Origin: Candidatus Magasanikbacteria bacterium RIFCSPHIGHO2_01_FULL_33_34
GTDB lineage: Bacteria; Patescibacteriota; Patescibacteriia; Magasanikbacterales; UBA922
Assembly (NCBI GenBank): GCA_001782825.1
Contig: MFPS01000002.1
Location: 1-41,112, forward strand
Reading direction: 5' to 3'
DNA: 41,112 bases
Position numbers and translations under genes: made by a program. Below the pieces are notes generated by a model. It had not been told where the DNA came from and did not search any database. It saw nothing but the letters and a program-made list of their open reading frames with translations. Positions within the stretch are counted from its first letter, which is position 1. Each line of letters starts with the position of its first letter. Below are positions 37,204-41,112 of the stretch, in pieces.

Positions 37204-37590
37204 TTACATCTTTATTTCAACATCTACTCCACTTGGCAAATTTAGACTCATCAGAGCGTCAATTGCCTTAGGATTTGCATCAATAATATCTATCAATCTT
37301 TTGTGAACACGAATTTCATATTGCTCTGAAGATGTTTTGTGAACAAAAGTTGAACGATTCACACTAAACTTCTTCTTTGCAGTTGGTAATGGTACCGGAC
37401 CCACAACTTTTGCATTATTTCTCTCAGCAGTATTGATAATTGTTTTTGTTGCAATATCAATAATTTTGCTATCAAATGCACAAATCTTGATTCTAATCTT
37501 TTGACCTGCTTCTGCTTGATCAGCTTTGGCAGTTGCCTTATCTTCTTTATTTGATGTATGAATTTTCTTTTCTGTTTTTGTAGCTGACAT
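37204..37590 (-). CDS. rpsJ: 30S ribosomal protein S10 with N-terminal extension
   Basis: KIRIKI.AFD, GPVPLPT, HK...EQYEIRVHKRLIDI, LPSGVDVEI; likely start MSATK. Confidence 0.95.
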   Translation of the reverse strand: MSATKTEKKIHTSNKEDKATAKADQAEAGQKIRIKICAFDSKIIDIATKTIINTAERNNAKVVGPVPLPTAKKKFSVNRSTFVHKTSSEQYEIRVHKRLIDIIDANPKAIDALMSLNLPSGVDVEIKM

Positions 37591-37607
37591 AATTAATCCA
37601 AAGAGCA

Positions 37608-37635
37608 TCCAGTCTCGCCTTTCGGCGAGACTGGA
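37608..37635 (-). other. Perfect 12-bp GC-rich hairpin with GAAA tetraloop between tuf and rpsJ
   Basis: TCCAGTCTCGCC-GAAA-GGCGAGACTGGA on minus; no U-tract. Confidence 0.75.
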
Positions 37636-37643
37636 ATATTAAG

Positions 37644-38834
37644 TTATTTAATAATTTTTGTTACAACACCAGCTCCAACAGTTCTTCCACCTTCACGAAT
37701 AGCAAAACGAACTTTTTCTTCCATAGCTACTGGTACTATTAATTTAATTGTTAAGTTTGCAGTGTCTCCTGGCATCACCATCTCTGTACCTGCTGGTAAA
37801 GTTACATCTCCAGTTACATCAGTAGTTCTAATGTAAAATTGTGGTTTATAACCTTTGAAAAATGGCTTATGACGACCACCTTCATCTTTTGTAAGAGCAT
37901 ATACTTCTGCTTCAAACTCAGTATGAGGTGTAATTGTACCTGGTTTAGCTAACACCATTCCACGTTCAACTTCTTCTTTTTTTGTACCACGAAGCAAGAT
38001 TCCAGCATTGTCACCAGCTTGTCCTTGATTAAGATTCTTGTTAAACATTTCTACACCAGTAACAGTTGTTTTCATTGTTTCAGGATTTATACCGACAATT
38101 TCAACTTCTTCACCAACTTTAACAACACCACGTTCAATACGTCCAGTTACAACAGTACCACGACCTTCAATTGAGAAAACATCTTCAATCGGCATCAAAA
38201 ATGTCTTGTCAAGATCACGTTCTGGAGTTGGAATATATTCATCCAATGTTTTTAGTAAATCCATAACTGGTTTACTCAATGTCTCATCACTTGGATTTTC
38301 CAAAGCTTTCAAAGCTGAACCACGAATAATAGGAGTTGTGTCCCCTGGGAAATCATATTTCTTCAATAACTCTTTTATTTCTTCTTCAACAAGATCAATC
38401 AATTCTGGATCAGATACTTGATCTACTTTATTTAAGAAAACTACGATATAAGGCACACCTACTTGACGAGCAAGTAAAATATGTTCACGTGTCTGAGGCA
38501 TTGGGCCGTCAGCAGCTGACACAACTAAAATTGCACCATCCATTTGGGCAGCACCTGTAATCATGTTTTTAACATAATCTGCGTGACCTGGACAATCAAC
38601 GTGTGCGTAATGTCTAGCTTCAGTCTCATATTCAACATGAGCTGTAGCAATTGTAATACCACGAGCCTTTTCTTCTGGCGCAGCATCAATTTGGTCTATA
38701 TTTTTAGTTTGTGCAGTCAAACCATGAGCTGCGGCAACTTTCAAAATAGAAGCTGTTAATGTTGTTTTACCATGGTCAACGTGTCCAATAGTACCAACAT
38801 TTACATGGGCCTTTGAACGATCAAAGTCTACCAT
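37644..38834 (-). CDS. tuf: Elongation factor Tu
   Basis: [52 protein letters not shown]. Confidence 0.99.
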   Translation of the reverse strand: MVDFDRSKAHVNVGTIGHVDHGKTTLTASILKVAAAHGLTAQTKNIDQIDAAPEEKARGITIATAHVEYETEARHYAHVDCPGHADYVKNMITGAAQMDGAILVVSAADGPMPQTREHILLARQVGVPYIVVFLNKVDQVSDPELIDLVEEEIKELLKKYDFPGDTTPIIRGSALKALENPSDETLSKPVMDLLKTLDEYIPTPERDLDKTFLMPIEDVFSIEGRGTVVTGRIERGVVKVGEEVEIVGINPETMKTTVTGVEMFNKNLNQGQAGDNAGILLRGTKKEEVERGMVLAKPGTITPHTEFEAEVYALTKDEGGRHKPFFKGYKPQFYIRTTDVTGDVTLPAGTEMVMPGDTANLTIKLIVPVAMEEKVRFAIREGGRTVGAGVVTKIIK

Positions 38835-38974
38835 ATTAACATTTTTTCCCGCACTGTTTATGAGTGGTCACAACAGTTTTGTAATCCAGCGGATCTTATT
38901 ATTTATTTATAGATTAAAATACATGTAAAGAAACCTAAAATAGGGTACTTTTACATTTATATTTGATGTTGACA

Positions 38975-39003
38975 ATTATACATTAATCATCAATTTAAGT
39001 CAA
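38975..39003 (-). promoter_or_regulatory. tuf promoter
   Basis: TTGACT(39003-38998)-17-TATAAT(38980-38975). Confidence 0.75.
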
Positions 39004-39048
39004 GTAGCACAAATCAAAATTTTGGGGATAAAAGAATAAAATATATTT

Positions 39049-39621
39049 TTATACTGGTTCCTCATAAAAAACTGGCTCATCATCCCCCAAAGACTCTTCT
39101 TCCCAAACTTGGTTTTTTTCTTCACCTGATTTCTGAGGAATAATTTTTGGTTCTATATCTTTTACCATATCTTCATCTACTTCATATGGTTTACTAATTT
39201 CTTTTACATTACTCAAAGATTCATTACCAACCCCTTCATAATCAAAAAATTCAGCTAAACCACCCTCTGATTCTTTAACTTCGTCTGTAAAGTCAATTTC
39301 AGATTCATCAAATTTATCACTTAAAACATTGCCAGCACTAAACCAACTTCCACCTATATCTCTGCCACCTTCTTCATCAACAAAATCATCATATATATCA
39401 TCATCTTCAAGTTTGGTATTGGCTCTCCAGATAGCAATATCACGATTTATTTGATCAAGCAATTGTTTATCAGACAGATTCCGAACATCTCGTCTATTAT
39501 CCAAAAGCATTTCATATTCATCAACATTCATTATTACAATATCCTCCCCTTTTTCAGGTTGATGAACTATCAATCTATCTCCTGTTTTTCTAGCTAAATT
39601 TATTAAACGATCCAGTGACAT
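39049..39621 (-). CDS. Hypothetical protein: Phd/YefM-like N-terminal module + long acidic tail
   Basis: GDRLIV....IVIMNVDEYEML pattern; D/E-rich tail ending VFYEEPV; promoter TTGACC-18-TATAAT at 39681-39652. Confidence 0.7.
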   Translation of the reverse strand: MSLDRLINLARKTGDRLIVHQPEKGEDIVIMNVDEYEMLLDNRRDVRNLSDKQLLDQINRDIAIWRANTKLEDDDIYDDFVDEEGGRDIGGSWFSAGNVLSDKFDESEIDFTDEVKESEGGLAEFFDYEGVGNESLSNVKEISKPYEVDEDMVKDIEPKIIPQKSGEEKNQVWEEESLGDDEPVFYEEPV

Positions 39622-39711
39622 ATTCAAAAAATTAATACTTAAGTTGTAACGATTATATCGCCATACTTATAAATTGGTCAAGGGTTAAAAAAAGACTTTT
39701 GACCTAAAATT

Positions 39712-39832
39712 GAAAGACCCCCAGAAAAAAATGTTTGTCTTTCTCTTGGGGGTGTGGGATTAGCGGAGTCTGTGGGGAAATTTTGTATCGATTACGACAC
39801 ATTATTTCGGTCCAAGCTCTACGCTCTTCCTT
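39712..39832 (-). ncRNA. Candidate small ncRNA 2 (long bulged hairpin + terminator-like hairpin)
   Basis: Promoter TTTACA(39867-39862)-17-TATTAT(39844-39839); nested pairings AGCG/CGCU, GAG/CUC, UGG/CCA, GAAAU/AUUUC, UGUGUCG/CGAUACA; no ORF. Confidence 0.45.
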
Positions 39833-39874
39833 ATATTTATAATAATTAATAAATAACATTATGTAAATAGACTG

Positions 39875-39883
39875 TGTGGATAA
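39875..39883 (-). promoter_or_regulatory. Consensus DnaA box
   Basis: TTATCCACA on minus, 7 nt upstream of a -35 element. Confidence 0.6.
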
Positions 39884-39888
39884 GGTAC

Positions 39889-40097
39889 AAAAAAATAGGG
39901 TCTTGCCCTATAAATTAACAAGGGTTCTCATAAAGAGAACCCAGTTTTTTGCTCGATGGAGCTAAGTGATAGATTTCTATTACTTATACTAAGTCTCAGA
40001 AACCTATCACTTTCACTAAAAGTTTTTTTAATTACCCTACATGAGGATAATCCGACAATGTCGTATACTCCCTGCCCTTTTGAGCAGCTCATCTAAC
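39889..40097 (-). ncRNA. Candidate structured ncRNA 1 (~210 nt, multi-stem)
   Basis: Promoter TTGACA(40132-40127)-17-TATGGT(40109-40104); several hairpins inside a closing stem; terminator ATAGGG-CAAGA-CCCTAT-T6. Confidence 0.55.
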
Positions 40098-40141
40098 AAA
40101 TTAACCATACCACAAACTAACAATCCTGTCAACCCTTAGAC

Positions 40142-40150
40142 TGTGGATAA
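40142..40150 (-). promoter_or_regulatory. Consensus DnaA box
   Basis: TTATCCACA on minus, 9 nt upstream of TTGACA. Confidence 0.6.
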
Positions 40151-40151
40151 C

Positions 40152-40175
40152 AAAAAATCGCCTACTAAGCGATTT
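40152..40175 (-). terminator. Terminator of the 16S rRNA transcript
   Basis: AAATCGCTTAGTAGGCGATTTTTT on minus, ~135 nt after the 16S 3' end. Confidence 0.7.
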
Positions 40176-40307
40176 CTCTTAAACTATTTCTTCCACCGAA
40201 TAAATGTGATAAAGACTAGAACGTCTAATAATCCTGGTCCATGATAGGACCTCTATGTGATCTCACCGAAGTGAGATTTTTTTCTTTCTTCCGAAAGAAT
40301 GTACTCC

Positions 40308-41112
40308 AGAAAGGAGGTGATCCATCCACAGCTTCCGCTACGGATGCCTTGTTACGACTTTACCCTAATTACTGACCTCACCTTCAACCCTATACAGGGT
40401 CTTCGGGTGTTGCCAACTTTCGTGGTATGACGGGCGGTGAGTACAAGACCCGAGAACGTATTCAACGCGCCGAGCTGATGCACGTTTACTAGCGATTCCA
40501 ACTTCATGAAGGCGAATTTCAGCCTTCAATCCGAACTGAGATTGGTTTTGAGGGATTGGCTACACCTTGCGGCTTCGCTACCCGTTGTACCAACCATTGT
40601 ATCATGTGTGTAGCCCTGGACGTAAGAGCCATGCTGATTTGACGTCGTCCCCACCTTCCTCCTGCTTGCGCAGGCAGTCTTGTGTGTACAATTTAACACA
40701 CAACGAGGGTTGCGCTCGTTACCCCACTTAAGGGTACACCTCACGGCACGAGCTGACGGCAACCATGCAGCACCTATCTAACACCCTCGAAGGAGGCTTC
40801 CCTTTCAGGTAGCTTGCAGTTAGTAGTTGAGCCCAGGTAAGGTTCCCGCGTATCATCGAATTAAACCACATGATCCACCGCTTGTGCGGGTCCCCGTCTA
40901 TTCCTTTGAGTTTTAACCTTGCGGTCGTACTCCCCAGGCGGTGCACTTAACGCGTTAGCTTTTTTAAACGACACTGAAAGGGTCGATACTTCCAATGTCT
41001 AGTGCACATCGTTTACAGCGTGGACTACGGGGGTATCTAATCCCCTTCGCTACCCACGCTTTCGTCCCTGAGTGTCAGGCATGTTCTAGCAAGCTGCCTT
41101 CGCCTTTGGTGT
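40308..41112 (-). rRNA. rrs: 16S rRNA, 3' half (runs off the window)
   Basis: Universal motifs on +: AAGGAGGTGATCC, CCTTGTTACGACTT, GACGGGCGGTGAGTAC, GGGTTGCGCTCG, CCGTCTATTCCTTTGAGTTT, GGACTAC..GGGTATCTAATC. Confidence 0.98.

Noticed and set aside
37591-37608. rpsJ start at 37608
   Set aside because: That ATG overlaps the base of the tuf-rpsJ hairpin; the ATG at 37590 has the typical AT-rich context.
38482-38493. parS-like TGTTCACGTG
   Set aside because: Incomplete palindrome inside conserved tuf codons (TREH).
145-38759. Numerous short antisense or alternate-frame ORFs (e.g. 5248-5922, 4024-4449, 18451-18867, 38038-38421)
   Set aside because: Shadows of well-supported genes, with no recognisable motifs.
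39875-40150. Replication origin suggested by DnaA boxes (and parAB elsewhere in the window)
   Set aside because: Only two boxes ~270 nt apart, each tied to a promoter; no dnaA/dnaN and no box cluster.
40526-40946. Two ORFs of 72-78 aa
   Set aside because: They lie entirely within the 16S rRNA.
40308-41112. Intron or large insertion in the 16S rRNA (common in CPR)
   Set aside because: The visible part is colinear with standard 16S apart from a few-nt insertion.

Overview
AT-rich bacterial chromosomal window, most likely Patescibacteria/CPR (Parcubacteria-like). Support: rpmD (L30) is absent from the spc operon, the 16S rRNA is unlinked and has shortened helices, Rel is short, and translation starts are mostly SD-free. 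The left part (+ strand) holds a 5'-truncated surface protein (sugar-dehydrogenase beta-propeller/PKD/LamG), two small membrane proteins, an LCP protein, der, pth, dprA, a folC-like gene, topA and rel. The middle holds parB/parA, tRNA-Leu(CAA), a metallophosphoesterase, a DD-carboxypeptidase, scpB/scpA, aspS, asnS, recO, ruvX, map, adk and a hypothetical gene. The right part (- strand) holds secY, the spc and S10 ribosomal protein genes, tuf, a hypothetical gene and the 3' half of a 16S rRNA. The genes are mostly housekeeping; the unusual content is intergenic. (1) Six inverted-repeat cassettes with 7-nt periodicity, plus a parallel 8-nt-period family, sit between (and sometimes supply) stop and start codons; two copies are near-identical. 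(2) Three copies of a ~105-120 nt element have a conserved branched core closed by 23-24 bp arms that differ between copies. (3) Small GC-rich palindromes are nested inside other stems. (4) A long attenuator-like leader precedes rplC. (5) Two tandem, promoter- and terminator-bounded structured ncRNA candidates lie downstream of the 16S gene, each with a DnaA box just upstream of its -35 element.
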